Numbered from the stretch's first letter, positions 18,173 to 29,270 are shown. The stretch is DNA of 43,416 nt from a bacterium (GCA_947505805.1 CANNMA010000002.1:1-43416); one strand, 5' to 3'. Numbers and translations: made by a program. The notes: generated by a model not told the origin, from the letters alone.

Positions 18173-21100
18173 TTAATTTTTTGCACGCTCTTCCATCATA
18201 CGCATACGATTTTCTTCTTCCTGAGCTCGACGTTCAAGATCTGAAAGATTATCACCTATATACTTTTTACGAAATGAGGCAATTCCCGTTCCAGCTGGAA
18301 TAAGCTTACCAATCGTAAGATTTTCTTTAAGACCATACAAATTGTCTATTTGTCCTGAAATTGCTGCTTCAGCCAATATTCTTGTAGTTTCTTGGAAAGA
18401 TGCTGCTGACAAAAAGCTTTCTGTGGTTAAAGAAGCTGTCGTAAGACCAATTAAAACTGGAGTACCAATAGCAACTCGTTTACCTTGTTCTCTTAACATT
18501 TCATTAACTGTTTTAAAGTGAATCTTGTCTACCCTATCTCCAACCAAGAAATCAGATTCGCCAGGTTCTACAACCCGAACTTTACGCATCATTTGTCGAA
18601 TAATCACTTCAATATGACGATCATTAATATCTACACCTTGAAGACGATAAATTTCTTGAATGCGATCAACAATATAACGCTGCAATTTTTCAGGTCCAAG
18701 AATTCTTAAAATATCTTGAAGAAGCGGGGATCCGTTAGTTAAAGTATCACCAGCTTGAATTTTATCACCATCGTGAACAATCAATTGCTTATCTCTAGGA
18801 ATAAAATAATCATACGATGTATTACCAGAACTTACCGTAACTTTACGCATACCTCTATACAGCCCTCCGAATGAAGCCGTTCCATCAATATCTGATAAAA
18901 TTGCAACATCTTTTGGAGTACGCGCTTCAAAAAGTTCTGTAATTCTTGGTAGACCACCAACTGTAATATCTTTTGTTTTAGAAGCTGCGCGAGGAGTTTT
19001 AATAATTACATCACCACCTGAAACTTTTTCGCCATTTTCAACGACTAAATAAGCACCAACAGGTATATAATAATGAGCTATTTCGTTACCAGCATCATCA
19101 AGAACAGCAATCGCAGGTTGATGTTTTTCACCTTTATGGCTTAATACAATCTTAGCACTTCGTTGCGTTTCTTCATCAAATTCTTCTTGCAACGTAACAT
19201 TTTTTATCAAATCAACATACTCAACAGTTCCCTGTTTTTCAGTCATGATAACATGAGCAGAAGTATCCCATTCGGCTAATTTATCACCTTTTTTAATTTT
19301 TTGTCCGTCAATAACAAGAACATGCGATCCATAATCAACAACATTAGTTTGTAATTCACGCCCATCTTCAGCACGAATGACAACTTCACCTTTGCGACTA
19401 AAAACAACTTCTTTACCATTCTTATTTTTAATAGTACGAACACCACGCAATTCAATAGTACCATCATTTTTTGCTTCAAAAAATGACTGCGTAGCTTCAC
19501 CACTAGCTGTACCACCAACGTGGAAAGTTCTCATTGTGAGCTGAGTACCAGGTTCACCAATCGATTGCGCTGCAATAATACCAATAGGCACACCAATATC
19601 TGCAATAGCGCCACGCGATAAATCATATCCATAACATTTTTGACAAATACCACGTTTTGCTTGACACACAAGAACAGAACGAATCGCTATTTCAGTAACT
19701 GCAGATTTTGAAATTTTATCCATCAAATGACGGCTTATAACTTCACCTTGCTTAACTAAAATTTCACCTGTAACAATATCTCTTACATCTGTTGCAACTA
19801 CACGACCATAGGAACGAAGACTAAGAGGCGAAACAATGTCTCCACCCTCTTTCAAATCAGTCACCATGATATAACCAAGAGTTTTACAATCAGCAACTGT
19901 AACTACAAGATCATGGGCCACATCAACAAGCTTACGCGTCAAATATCCAGAATTTGCTGTTCTTAGCGCGGTATCTGCCTGACCCTTACGAGCACCATGT
20001 GTTGAAATAAAGTATTCAAATACACTGAGGCCCTGTGTAAAGTTTGTCTTAACAGGAGTTTCAATAACGTCACCTGATGGTGTAGACATTAAACCACGCA
20101 TACCAACTAACTGTTTAATTTGCTCTCTAGAACCTTTAGCTCCAGATGCCAAGAACATATAGACAGGATTAAAGGGAACATTTTCAGAATTTTCATTTTG
20201 ATATGCTTCCTTATCCTGACTCTCAAATCCTTTTAACATTTCATTTGCAATTTCAGATGTTGCATGGAACCATGTACTAATAACTTTATTTTTACGTTCA
20301 CCATTCGTGATGACACCATCACGATACAATTTTTCAGTTTTAACAACTTCTTTTTCAGCTGTACGTATAATAGCTTCTTTAGCTGGAGGATTTACTAAAT
20401 CCATCATACCGCAAGAAGATCCACTTTGAGTTGAATAAAAGAAACCAAGTTTTTTAATTTTATCAAGAGATATAATTGTTTCAGGAGCACCAAATTTATA
20501 ATAAATAATCTCAATCATTTTCTTAAGATCATTTTTTTGAAGAACCTTATTTACCCAATCAAAATCAGAACCTACAGGAAGTGCTTCGTATAAAATAACA
20601 CGCCCAACAGTTGTAGAAATAATAATTCCCGACTCAAGACGTACTTTTATACGAGCATGCAAAGAAGCTTTTCCACACTGAAATGCAGTAATAACTTCAC
20701 GTACACTTGAAAAGACAATCCCTTCTCCAAAAACATTACAACGAGCTTTAGTCATATAATGAAGACCCAAAATCATATCCTGTGAAGGAACAGTTACTGG
20801 ATTACCATTTGAAGGAGACAAAATATTATGTGTTGAAAGAATAAGATTTTCTGATTCTTTACAAGCTTTTGTACTTAATGGAATATGAACCGCCATTTGA
20901 TCACCATCAAAGTCAGCGTTAAATGCGGCGCAAACGAGTGGATGAATGGTAATTGCTTTTCCTTCAACAAGAATGGGGTGGAATCCCTGAATACCAAGTC
21001 TATGAAGTGTAGGAGCACGATTAAGAAGAACAGTACGATTTTTAACTACCTCTTCAAGTACATCCCATACTTCTGGGAGACTATCTTCAACCATTTTTTT

Positions 21101-22306
21101 AGCAACACGTAAATTTGCCGCCATTTCATTTCTTAATAAACCGGCATACACATATGATTTAAAAAGCTCAAGCGCCATTTTTTTTGGTAATCCACATTGA
21201 TCCATCTTTAATTCAGGATCAACTACAATTACTGAACGACCTGAATAATCAACTCGCTTACCAAGCAAGTTTTGACGGAAACGACCTTGTTTACCACGAA
21301 GCATTTCACTCAATGATTTTAATGGACGCTTATTAGAACCACGAACAGGCTGTCCGCGACGACCATTATCAATAAGAGCATCAACAGATTCCTGGAGCAT
21401 CCGTTTTTCATTTTTTATAATAACTTCTGGAGCTTCAATTTCAATCAAGCGACGAAGACGAATATTTCTATTCAACACACGGCGATAAAGTTCATTTAAA
21501 TCAGAACTCGCAAATCTACCACCAGGGAGCAATACCAACGGACGTAAATCAGGTGGCAAAACAGGCAAAATATCAAAAATCATCCATTCTGGACGCATAT
21601 TAGCTTGCGACAAATTAGTAAATACACGAATTCTACGAATCAACTTATGGCGAGTCGCAACAGAATTAGTCTTTTTATAATCTTCTTTTAAGAAATTAAT
21701 CTCTTGCTGTAAATCAATAGATGAAAGAATTTCTTTAACTGCTTGCGCACCACTACCAACCTTAAAAAACATATCTTCTGGATGATTATCAATGTATTGA
21801 TCAGCTTCGGCTGAACTTACTAATGTCTTGCGAGGAAATGGAGAATTTCCACGATGCACTACAATAGAAGAATCAAAATACATGACTCTTTCAAGATCTT
21901 TAATAGACATATCCAAAATAAGACCGAGGTAACTTGGAATACCTTTTAAGTACCAAATATGACAAACTGGAGCTACCAATTCTATATGACCCATACGTTC
22001 ACGACGAACACGCGATTGAATTACTTCAACTCCACATTTTTCACACGTAACACCACGATGCTTCATACGCTTATACTTACCACAATTACATTCCCAGTCT
22101 TTTACTGGACCAAAAATTCGAGCACAAAAAAGACCGTCTTTTTCTGGTTTTAGTGTTCTGTAATTAATTGTTTCAATTTTTTTAACTTCACCATAAGAAA
22201 GCGCTCTAATCTTTTCAGGAGAAGCCAAGCCTATGCGAAACGCATTAAACTGAGTAACATTTACATACTCTTTAAAACGTTCTAACAATTGATTATTCAC
22301 TGACAT
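18173..22306 (-). CDS. rpoC: DNA-directed RNA polymerase subunit beta prime
   Basis: N-terminal Zn finger CNCGKYK..CEKCGVEV, catalytic NADFDGDQM, bridge helix and trigger loop regions. 1377 aa. Confidence 0.97.
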   Translation of the reverse strand: MSVNNQLLERFKEYVNVTQFNAFRIGLASPEKIRALSYGEVKKIETINYRTLKPEKDGLFCARIFGPVKDWECNCGKYKRMKHRGVTCEKCGVEVIQSRVRRERMGHIELVAPVCHIWYLKGIPSYLGLILDMSIKDLERVMYFDSSIVVHRGNSPFPRKTLVSSAEADQYIDNHPEDMFFKVGSGAQAVKEILSSIDLQQEINFLKEDYKKTNSVATRHKLIRRIRVFTNLSQANMRPEWMIFDILPVLPPDLRPLVLLPGGRFASSDLNELYRRVLNRNIRLRRLIEIEAPEVIIKNEKRMLQESVDALIDNGRRGQPVRGSNKRPLKSLSEMLRGKQGRFRQNLLGKRVDYSGRSVIVVDPELKMDQCGLPKKMALELFKSYVYAGLLRNEMAANLRVAKKMVEDSLPEVWDVLEEVVKNRTVLLNRAPTLHRLGIQGFHPILVEGKAITIHPLVCAAFNADFDGDQMAVHIPLSTKACKESENLILSTHNILSPSNGNPVTVPSQDMILGLHYMTKARCNVFGEGIVFSSVREVITAFQCGKASLHARIKVRLESGIIISTTVGRVILYEALPVGSDFDWVNKVLQKNDLKKMIEIIYYKFGAPETIISLDKIKKLGFFYSTQSGSSCGMMDLVNPPAKEAIIRTAEKEVVKTEKLYRDGVITNGERKNKVISTWFHATSEIANEMLKGFESQDKEAYQNENSENVPFNPVYMFLASGAKGSREQIKQLVGMRGLMSTPSGDVIETPVKTNFTQGLSVFEYFISTHGARKGQADTALRTANSGYLTRKLVDVAHDLVVTVADCKTLGYIMVTDLKEGGDIVSPLSLRSYGRVVATDVRDIVTGEILVKQGEVISRHLMDKISKSAVTEIAIRSVLVCQAKRGICQKCYGYDLSRGAIADIGVPIGIIAAQSIGEPGTQLTMRTFHVGGTASGEATQSFFEAKNDGTIELRGVRTIKNKNGKEVVFSRKGEVVIRAEDGRELQTNVVDYGSHVLVIDGQKIKKGDKLAEWDTSAHVIMTEKQGTVEYVDLIKNVTLQEEFDEETQRSAKIVLSHKGEKHQPAIAVLDDAGNEIAHYYIPVGAYLVVENGEKVSGGDVIIKTPRAASKTKDITVGGLPRITELFEARTPKDVAILSDIDGTASFGGLYRGMRKVTVSSGNTSYDYFIPRDKQLIVHDGDKIQAGDTLTNGSPLLQDILRILGPEKLQRYIVDRIQEIYRLQGVDINDRHIEVIIRQMMRKVRVVEPGESDFLVGDRVDKIHFKTVNEMLREQGKRVAIGTPVLIGLTTASLTTESFLSAASFQETTRILAEAAISGQIDNLYGLKENLTIGKLIPAGTGIASFRKKYIGDNLSDLERRAQEEENRMRMMEERAKN

Positions 22307-25300
22307 CCTCCTTACCGACTTTGCACAAGTCGACCTGCAACCCTAAACTCTGCAATTCTTTAATAAGTACGTTAAACGATTCTGGCAATCCTGGTTCTGG
22401 AATTTCTTCACTTCTGACAATAGATTCATAGACACGATGCCTACCGGTTACATCATCAGACTTATAAGTCAGCATTTCTTGTAACGTGTACGCTGCACCA
22501 TATGCCTCCAATGCCCAAACTTCCATTTCACCAAGACGTTGGCCACCTTGCTGAGCTTTACCACTCAACGGTTGTTGAGTAACAAGTGAGTATGGTCCAA
22601 CAGAACGAGCATGCAATTTATCGTCAACCATATGGTTCAATTTCATCATATAAATAAAACCAACCGTAACAGCTTGATCGAATAAATCACCGGTACGACC
22701 ATCTCGAAGAGTATAAGTCGCGGATTCTGGCAAATCTAATTTTTTCAATAATGGTCGAATGTCTTTATCAAAAGATGGACCTTCAAAGACAGGCACTCTG
22801 TAATGGACACCTTTTTTAGCTGTTTTTTCAGCTAGCATACGAAGTCCATCCGCACCTTCTTCTTTTTCGTATTGATTAATAAAATCTTTACCATAGTATT
22901 CTGATAAAAATTCTTTAGTTTCTTTTTCACTTTGATCAGCAAGCATTCTTTTCAATTGAAGCCCAATTGAACGCCCTGCAAAACCAAGGGCTGTTTCTAA
23001 GATTTGACCAACGTTCATACGAGCAGGAACACCAATAGGGTTCAATACTATATCAACAGGGGTACCATCTCTTAAACATGGCATATCTTCACGTGGAACT
23101 ATAATTGAAACCACACCTTTATTACCATGACGTCCAGCAACTTTATCACCAGCTTGAATACTTCGTTTCATAGCGATATAAACTTTAACCATTTTAATAA
23201 CACCTGAAGGAAGAGGATCACCTTTTTTAAAGCGATTTATCTTTTCTTCTTTAATACCATCAAGAACTTGAATCTGTGTTCTTAGCGATGTTACTAAATG
23301 AATAATTTCAGCATCAATCTTTTTATCACCAACTTTTGTAGACAAGATTTTTTCAATATCTTCAGTAGGTTTTATGATGTGATCAGCTTCTTTTGCAAGT
23401 TTTTTAATCTTTTCAATGGTCATACTGCGAAGACAAATTTGATGTTGAGAAAAATCTTCTTCAAGTTTTTTAATCTGCTTAACCACTTCATCTTTATAAC
23501 GCTTATCTTTACGAATACCGCTTCTAGAAAATATTTTTACATCTGTAACCATACCTTCAACGCCTGCAGAGACACGTAATGAAGTATCGCGAACTTCTCT
23601 AGATTTTTCGCCAAAAATAGCGCGTAACAATTTTTCTTCAGGAGAATACTGAATATCACCTTTAAGAGTAACTTTACCGACTAAAATGTCGCCTCCCTTA
23701 ACACGAGAGCCAACTTTAATAATCCCATCTTCATCTAAAGCAGAAAGAGCTGATTCACCCACATTTGGAATATCGCGAGTAATTTCTTCTGGACCAAGTT
23801 TTGTATCACGAGCATCGACAACATATTCATCAATAGTAACAGATGTTAAAACATCATCAGAAACTAAACGTTTACTTAAGATAATAGCATCTTCAAAGTT
23901 GTATCCATGCCATGGCATAAAGGCAACTAAAAGATTTGCTCCAAGAGCTAATTCTCCATTATCCATAGAAGAACCATTTGTAATGACATCGCCAACTTGA
24001 ACTCGTTGACCCATTTTTACAATAGGCACATGATGAACCCAAGTACTCATACTTGATTTTTGAAATTTCTTTAAATGATAAATATCAACACCACGAGCAA
24101 TCCAATCTTCCACAGTATCAAACTGATCGCGATCAGCGCGAATCATAATTTTATCTGCAGAAACATATTCAACCACACCCGCATGATGAGCTATAAGAAC
24201 AGAATTTGAAGCCTTACCAACTTCTTTTTCCATACCTGTACCAACTAATGGAGCTTCAGTTTGAATAAGAGGAACAGCTTGGCGTTGCATGTTAGCACCC
24301 ATCAAAGCACGAGATGCGTCATCATGTTCTAAAAATGGAATTAATGCTGTTGAAACAGAAACTAACTGCTTTGGAGAAAGATCAATATAATTAAGCTGAT
24401 TAACATCAACAACTTTAAAAGTTCCTTCACGACGAGCAACAACCTCAGTAGTATCAAATGTTTTTGAGCCAGGCTCAACCGCATCAGCTTGAGCAATAAA
24501 TTTACCCGATTCATCAAAAGCATCTAAAAAGACTACTTCATCTTTAATTTTTCCATCCTTAACAGGACGATAAGCAGTTTCAATAAATCCTAAATCATTT
24601 ACCATTGCATAAGTTGCAAGAGATGAAATCAAACCAATAGTTTGACCTTCAGGAGTTTCAATAGGACAAATACGACCATAATGAGAAGTATGCACGTCAC
24701 GTACTTCGTACGTTGCGCGATCCTTCAATACACCACCAGGCCCGAGGGCTGACAAACGACGCTTATGAGCAATTTCTGCAAGAGGATTTGTTTGGTCCAT
24801 AAATTGAGATAACTGACCAGTACCAAAAAACTCACGTAAAATAGCACTCAGAGGCTTTACATTGAGCAAGTCTTGAGGCATTAATGTCCCAAAAGATTCT
24901 TGCATTCTAAAACGTTCTCTTACAATACGTTCTATACGTAAAAAACCAAGGTAGACTTGATTACTTAGAAGTTCACCTACAAGACGAACACGCCTGTTAC
25001 CTAAATGATCAATATCATCCAGTTCACCTTCAGCACGTTCACGTAACCCAATAAGATATTTCATTGTTGCAACAATATCTTCACGAGTTAAACAACGAAC
25101 TTCATTAGAGATAGTCAGTCCCAATTTTTTATTAATACGAACACGACCAACAAGTGTCAAATCATAATAACGCGAATTAAAGAACATATTTTCTAAACGT
25201 TCTTTAATTTCATCAATAGATGAATTATCACCTGGCCATACTTTAACATGAAGCTCTTTTAAAGCCTCATCTTGAGTATAACATTGATCATGAAGCAATG

Positions 25301-26552
25301 TAGCCGCCATAGTTGGCTGAGATATATAACCTGACGAAGCAATCAAAGCAAATTCAATTGAACGAGTTTTAAGCTCTTGATAAAAATCTTCAGTAAGAGG
25401 CTGACCTTGCTCAGCAAGAATTTCACCACTTTTTTTATCAACAACATCAATTGCAAAAATACGATTTAAAAGATGATCAGGCAAAAGAGTAAGTGCGTTA
25501 ATTTTAAAAGCTTTTAGCTTACTAATAATGTCTTTTGTAAGTCGACGCCCAACAAAAGCAAGTTCGTGTTCAACAGGAACCATGCCTTTTTCAATACGAA
25601 GCCCTAATGCATTGTCGTCAAGATAAAGAAGGAAATCACCTTTTTCAACATGCACAACATCAGCTTTATAAAAATGAGCAATAATTTCTTCTCGAGGAAT
25701 ACCTAAAGACTGTAAAAACGTAGTTGCTAAAATCTTTTTCTTTTTATCGATTCTAACGTACAAGTAATCATTACTATCAAATTCAAAATCCATCCACGAT
25801 CCACGCATTGGAATAACACGTGCAAGATAATAATAACGCCCTCTGACATCTTTTATTTTTTTGCTTTGTGAAAACACAACACCTGCAGACCTATGAAGTT
25901 GACTAACAACAACACGATCTATCCCGTTGATTAAAAATGTTCCCTCTGAACCAAGAAGCAGACGGCCACCACGCTCATAAAGATCTGACATTACTGGAAT
26001 ATCTGCGAAGAAAATATCTTGTTCTTTAATATCACGAACAATTTTATCTTTACCTTCACCATCCCAACAAATCAATTGTATTTTTACCTTAAGAGGCATA
26101 GAAAACGTTTGACCATTTGCCCGACATTCATCAACTGACATAGGCAATTGAATAGTAACCCTAGACAAACACGTTGAACATGTTCTGTAACGAGCCGTTT
26201 TTGGAGCAGATAAATCTTCTGATAAACACGTAATGCCAGATTTTTTAGTTACTGGACAATACCATGAATAACGATTTTCAATTCCTTTTAGCTTGCCACA
26301 CGTACAAGCCCACACTCCCAACTCATAACTAACATACTCAAGCGACATTTTTCCGTTGTAATCAACAGGAAAAATATCACGCAGAACTTTTTCAAGCCCC
26401 GTGTTTTTTCGCTCAGAAGGTAAATAATCTAACTGTACAAAATCATTAAAAGATCGAGATTGAATCTCGATCAAATTGGGAACTGGAACAATATCTTGTG
26501 CTTTATTAAATGATTTACGAATCGTCTCTCTGCCCACCTGCAGGTTACTCAT
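22293..26552 (-). CDS. rpoB: DNA-directed RNA polymerase subunit beta
   Basis: Conserved blocks GTFLINGIDRVVVSQLHRS, RGSWMDFEFD, HYGRICPIETPEG, GDKVAGRHGNKGV and GGQRLGEMEVWALEAYGA. 1419 aa. Overlaps the rpoC start by 14 nt. Confidence 0.97.
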   Translation of the reverse strand: MSNLQVGRETIRKSFNKAQDIVPVPNLIEIQSRSFNDFVQLDYLPSERKNTGLEKVLRDIFPVDYNGKMSLEYVSYELGVWACTCGKLKGIENRYSWYCPVTKKSGITCLSEDLSAPKTARYRTCSTCLSRVTIQLPMSVDECRANGQTFSMPLKVKIQLICWDGEGKDKIVRDIKEQDIFFADIPVMSDLYERGGRLLLGSEGTFLINGIDRVVVSQLHRSAGVVFSQSKKIKDVRGRYYYLARVIPMRGSWMDFEFDSNDYLYVRIDKKKKILATTFLQSLGIPREEIIAHFYKADVVHVEKGDFLLYLDDNALGLRIEKGMVPVEHELAFVGRRLTKDIISKLKAFKINALTLLPDHLLNRIFAIDVVDKKSGEILAEQGQPLTEDFYQELKTRSIEFALIASSGYISQPTMAATLLHDQCYTQDEALKELHVKVWPGDNSSIDEIKERLENMFFNSRYYDLTLVGRVRINKKLGLTISNEVRCLTREDIVATMKYLIGLRERAEGELDDIDHLGNRRVRLVGELLSNQVYLGFLRIERIVRERFRMQESFGTLMPQDLLNVKPLSAILREFFGTGQLSQFMDQTNPLAEIAHKRRLSALGPGGVLKDRATYEVRDVHTSHYGRICPIETPEGQTIGLISSLATYAMVNDLGFIETAYRPVKDGKIKDEVVFLDAFDESGKFIAQADAVEPGSKTFDTTEVVARREGTFKVVDVNQLNYIDLSPKQLVSVSTALIPFLEHDDASRALMGANMQRQAVPLIQTEAPLVGTGMEKEVGKASNSVLIAHHAGVVEYVSADKIMIRADRDQFDTVEDWIARGVDIYHLKKFQKSSMSTWVHHVPIVKMGQRVQVGDVITNGSSMDNGELALGANLLVAFMPWHGYNFEDAIILSKRLVSDDVLTSVTIDEYVVDARDTKLGPEEITRDIPNVGESALSALDEDGIIKVGSRVKGGDILVGKVTLKGDIQYSPEEKLLRAIFGEKSREVRDTSLRVSAGVEGMVTDVKIFSRSGIRKDKRYKDEVVKQIKKLEEDFSQHQICLRSMTIEKIKKLAKEADHIIKPTEDIEKILSTKVGDKKIDAEIIHLVTSLRTQIQVLDGIKEEKINRFKKGDPLPSGVIKMVKVYIAMKRSIQAGDKVAGRHGNKGVVSIIVPREDMPCLRDGTPVDIVLNPIGVPARMNVGQILETALGFAGRSIGLQLKRMLADQSEKETKEFLSEYYGKDFINQYEKEEGADGLRMLAEKTAKKGVHYRVPVFEGPSFDKDIRPLLKKLDLPESATYTLRDGRTGDLFDQAVTVGFIYMMKLNHMVDDKLHARSVGPYSLVTQQPLSGKAQQGGQRLGEMEVWALEAYGAAYTLQEMLTYKSDDVTGRHRVYESIVRSEEIPEPGLPESFNVLIKELQSLGLQVDLCKVGKEDVSE

Positions 26553-26612
26553 TCAGCTGCTCCTTATAAAAACGGTATATTCACTCGAACACGCTTTGTT
26601 ACAAGAAAGAGC

Positions 26613-26996
26613 TTATGACAGTTCTACCTTAGCACCAGCTTCTTCTAACAGTTGTTTCATTTTTTGCGCATCAGCTTTAGATGCAGCTTCAGCAATAACC
26701 GTTGGTGCTTCTTCTACAGCTTTTTTAGCTTCAGCAAGACCTAATGTTGTTACTACTTGACGAAGAGCTTTAATAACATTTATTTTGTTAGCTCCGCTTT
26801 CTTTCAAAGTAACTTTATATTCTGATTTTTCTTCAGCCTTAGCTGGAACTGCTTCTGATGAAACCGCAACTGCAGCAGATGCAACAGGCATTTCAACTTC
26901 AAATCTTTCTTTCAAAGCTTTTACAAGTTCTGCTAATTCAGTAACTTTCAATTCACCAATTTGATCAACTATTTTTTCATATGATTTTGCTGACAT
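26613..26996 (-). CDS. rplL: 50S ribosomal protein L7/L12
   Basis: ATG at 26996 sits 7 nt after AGGAG; the track start at 27002 is too close to the RBS. VTELAELVKALKERF..Ala-rich hinge..INVIKALRQVTTLGLAEAKKAVE. Confidence 0.93.
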   Translation of the reverse strand: MSAKSYEKIVDQIGELKVTELAELVKALKERFEVEMPVASAAVAVSSEAVPAKAEEKSEYKVTLKESGANKINVIKALRQVVTTLGLAEAKKAVEEAPTVIAEAASKADAQKMKQLLEEAGAKVELS

Positions 26997-27038
26997 AATC
27001 ATGCTCCTGGATATAAATATGGACTATTTTTACCGTTA

Positions 27039-27560
27039 TTATTCTGTTTTCTTTTTCTCAACTTGTTCAATGATAGTAACTACTTGAGCCATCATTTGAT
27101 TAGTTATAAAGACCAATCCCACTAAAGGCGACTGCATTGCTTGAACAACCTGACCAAGTAACACTGGACGAGATGGCAACGTAGCAAGCGATCTTACTTC
27201 GTGCGCAGTCAAAAGGGATGCTTCCATAGCTCCTGCAACTATTTTGAATGATTCAACTTCTTTCGAAAAATCAGACAAAATTTTTGCAATAGCTGGAGCA
27301 CTCTCAGATGCAAACACAACTCCTATTTGCTCTTTCATGTAAGGCTCAAGAATTTGAACATCTTCTACAAGATTCATCGCACGCTTCATTAAGCGCACTT
27401 TAACCACTTGTAAACGTCCGCCCTTATCACGAAGTTTTCTACGCAAAGACTCCGATTGTGAAACAGTAAGCCCTTTTACATTAACTAAAAACGACGCTTC
27501 GTTTTGAGAAAAATTTTGTTTTAAAGAAGAAACAACTACTTCTTTTTGTTGCTTATTCAT
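27039..27560 (-). CDS. rplJ: 50S ribosomal protein L10
   Basis: Position between rplA and rplL. MNKQQKEVVVSSLKQNF..LTVSQSESLRRKLR. The ATG at 27560 is preferred over the GTG at 27566. Confidence 0.9.
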   Translation of the reverse strand: MNKQQKEVVVSSLKQNFSQNEASFLVNVKGLTVSQSESLRRKLRDKGGRLQVVKVRLMKRAMNLVEDVQILEPYMKEQIGVVFASESAPAIAKILSDFSKEVESFKIVAGAMEASLLTAHEVRSLATLPSRPVLLGQVVQAMQSPLVGLVFITNQMMAQVVTIIEQVEKKKTE

Positions 27561-27574
27561 ATGCACATGCCTTC

Positions 27575-28267
27575 TTACTTGACGAGGTCTTCAACACGCA
27601 CGCCCATTCCTGCACCCATGGTGGAAGAAAGCGTGATCTTCTTCACAAATTTACCTTTTGATGAAGCCGGTTTTGAACTCACTAATGCACGTACAAATGC
27701 GTTAATATTTTCTTTAAGCTTTTCTTTATCAAAAGAAATTTTTCCCAAAGAAAAATGAACCACTGCATTTTTATCATTTTTAAAAAACATACGTCCACTT
27801 TTAAGCTCTCTAATGATATGTTCAACATCAAAAGTCACCGTTCCAATTTTTTTGTTAGGGAGTAAACCTCTAGGACCTAATAGCTTTGCAAGTTTACCTA
27901 CAGCATCCATAACATCTGGTGTTGCAACAGCATATTCAAAATCCATCCACCCCTTACTGACTTTATCAATAAGATCTTCAAGCCCAACATAATCAGCACC
28001 AGCCTTTAAAGCTTTATCAACGTATTCACCTTTAGTGAATACTACAACTCGGACTTTTTTACCGCTACCATGAGGGAGCACTACTGACCCTCTGACTACC
28101 TGATCCCCCTTAGAAGGATCGATACCAACGTTAACATCTAAGTCAACGCTTTCATCAAATCTTGCAAAAGCTCTCTCTTTCATCTGAGTAACTGCATCAT
28201 CGAGAGAGAAAAACTTTCCCTTTTCGACTCCAGCAGCAGCTTTTTTATATTTTTTTCCACGTTTCAT
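27575..28267 (-). CDS. rplA: 50S ribosomal protein L1
   Basis: MKRGKKYKKAA..FDESVDLDVNVGIDPSKGDQVVRGSVVLPHGSGK..LGPRGLLPN consensus. Confidence 0.95.
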   Translation of the reverse strand: MKRGKKYKKAAAGVEKGKFFSLDDAVTQMKERAFARFDESVDLDVNVGIDPSKGDQVVRGSVVLPHGSGKKVRVVVFTKGEYVDKALKAGADYVGLEDLIDKVSKGWMDFEYAVATPDVMDAVGKLAKLLGPRGLLPNKKIGTVTFDVEHIIRELKSGRMFFKNDKNAVVHFSLGKISFDKEKLKENINAFVRALVSSKPASSKGKFVKKITLSSTMGAGMGVRVEDLVK

Positions 28268-28294
28268 AACAGCTTCTTTCCTTGCCTAAACCAA

Positions 28295-28717
28295 TTAGCT
28301 CTCTAAAACTTCCACACCCATACTGCGCGCAGTACCTGCAACAATTTTAGTTGCAGCAACCAAATCAACAGCATTCAAATCTAAAAACTTAATTTTTGCT
28401 ATCTCTTCCACATCTTTTTGAGTCAATTTTCCTACTTTGACTTCATGTGGACGAGCAGAACCTTTTTTCAGGTTAGCTTTTTTTCTAATAAGCTCAGATG
28501 TTGGAGGTGTTTTAACTATAAATTCAAATGTACGATTTTTGAAAACAGTAATAACAACAGGAACAGTTTCACCTTTACGCTGAGCTGTCTGTGCATTAAA
28601 TTGCTTACAAAAATCCATCATGTTAACACCATGAGGTCCAAGAGCGCTACCTATAGAAGCAGGAGTCGCTGCACCACCAGGGATTTGTATTTTAACTTTT
28701 GCTTTTATCTCGGCCAT
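28295..28717 (-). CDS. rplK: 50S ribosomal protein L11
   Basis: Likely start ATG at 28717 (MAEIKAKVKIQIPGGAATPA..GPHGVNMMDFCKQFN). The track start at 28762 would overlap the nusG 3' end. Confidence 0.93.
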   Translation of the reverse strand: MAEIKAKVKIQIPGGAATPASIGSALGPHGVNMMDFCKQFNAQTAQRKGETVPVVITVFKNRTFEFIVKTPPTSELIRKKANLKKGSARPHEVKVGKLTQKDVEEIAKIKFLDLNAVDLVAATKIVAGTARSMGVEVLES

Positions 28718-28730
28718 ACCGCATACCCTA

Positions 28731-29252
28731 TTACTTTTTAACCTGATCAAACGTAAGTTCAACAGGTGTCAATCTACCGAAAATGCTTACCATAACAGTA
28801 ATCCGTTCGCTTTCTTCATCAATCTTGTCAACAATACCAACAAAACCTGAAAACGGACCTTCTGCAATATCAATTTCACTTCCCACAACAAAATCACCTT
28901 TTTTAGCCGCAGGAACAACTACTCCACCCTTAACCTGAGCCAACATGCGCTCAACTTCCTTTATAGATAAAGGCGCTGGCCTATCTCCACCTAAAAACTT
29001 AAGCACTTTTGGCGTCGAAGTAACCATATTGAGAGTTTCTTGATCTAATTCCATTTCAATCAAAATATAACCAGGGAATAATCGCTCATCTTGCTCTTCT
29101 TGATCAACCAAAAAGAAATTTTTTAATTTCACAGAAGGAATAAGAACTTGACCAAATCTTTGATCATCAGTTTCTTTTATCCGTCTCATAATATCTTTTT
29201 GAACAATTTCTTCATATCCGGCATACACTTGAGCCACGTACCATCGTTTCAT
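28731..29252 (-). CDS. nusG: transcription termination/antitermination factor NusG
   Basis: MKRWYVAQVYAGYEE NGN start, FPGYILIEME, and a C-terminal KOW (GPFSGFVGIVDKID). Synteny secE-nusG-rplK. Confidence 0.93.
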   Translation of the reverse strand: MKRWYVAQVYAGYEEIVQKDIMRRIKETDDQRFGQVLIPSVKLKNFFLVDQEEQDERLFPGYILIEMELDQETLNMVTSTPKVLKFLGGDRPAPLSIKEVERMLAQVKGGVVVPAAKKGDFVVGSEIDIAEGPFSGFVGIVDKIDEESERITVMVSIFGRLTPVELTFDQVKK

Positions 29253-29270
29253 TATAGTATCACAACCTCT

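Noticed and set aside
17948-18244. ORF 17948-18244 (+), 98 aa
   Set aside because: It runs antisense across rpsO, tRNA-Val and the rpoC 3' end, and its product has no features. It is an artefact of AT-rich sequence.
26476-26760. ORF 26476-26760 (+), 94 aa, spanning the rplL-rpoB junction
   Set aside because: It is antisense to two highly conserved genes, and its Ala/Ser-rich product reflects the complement of the L7/L12 Ala-rich hinge codons.
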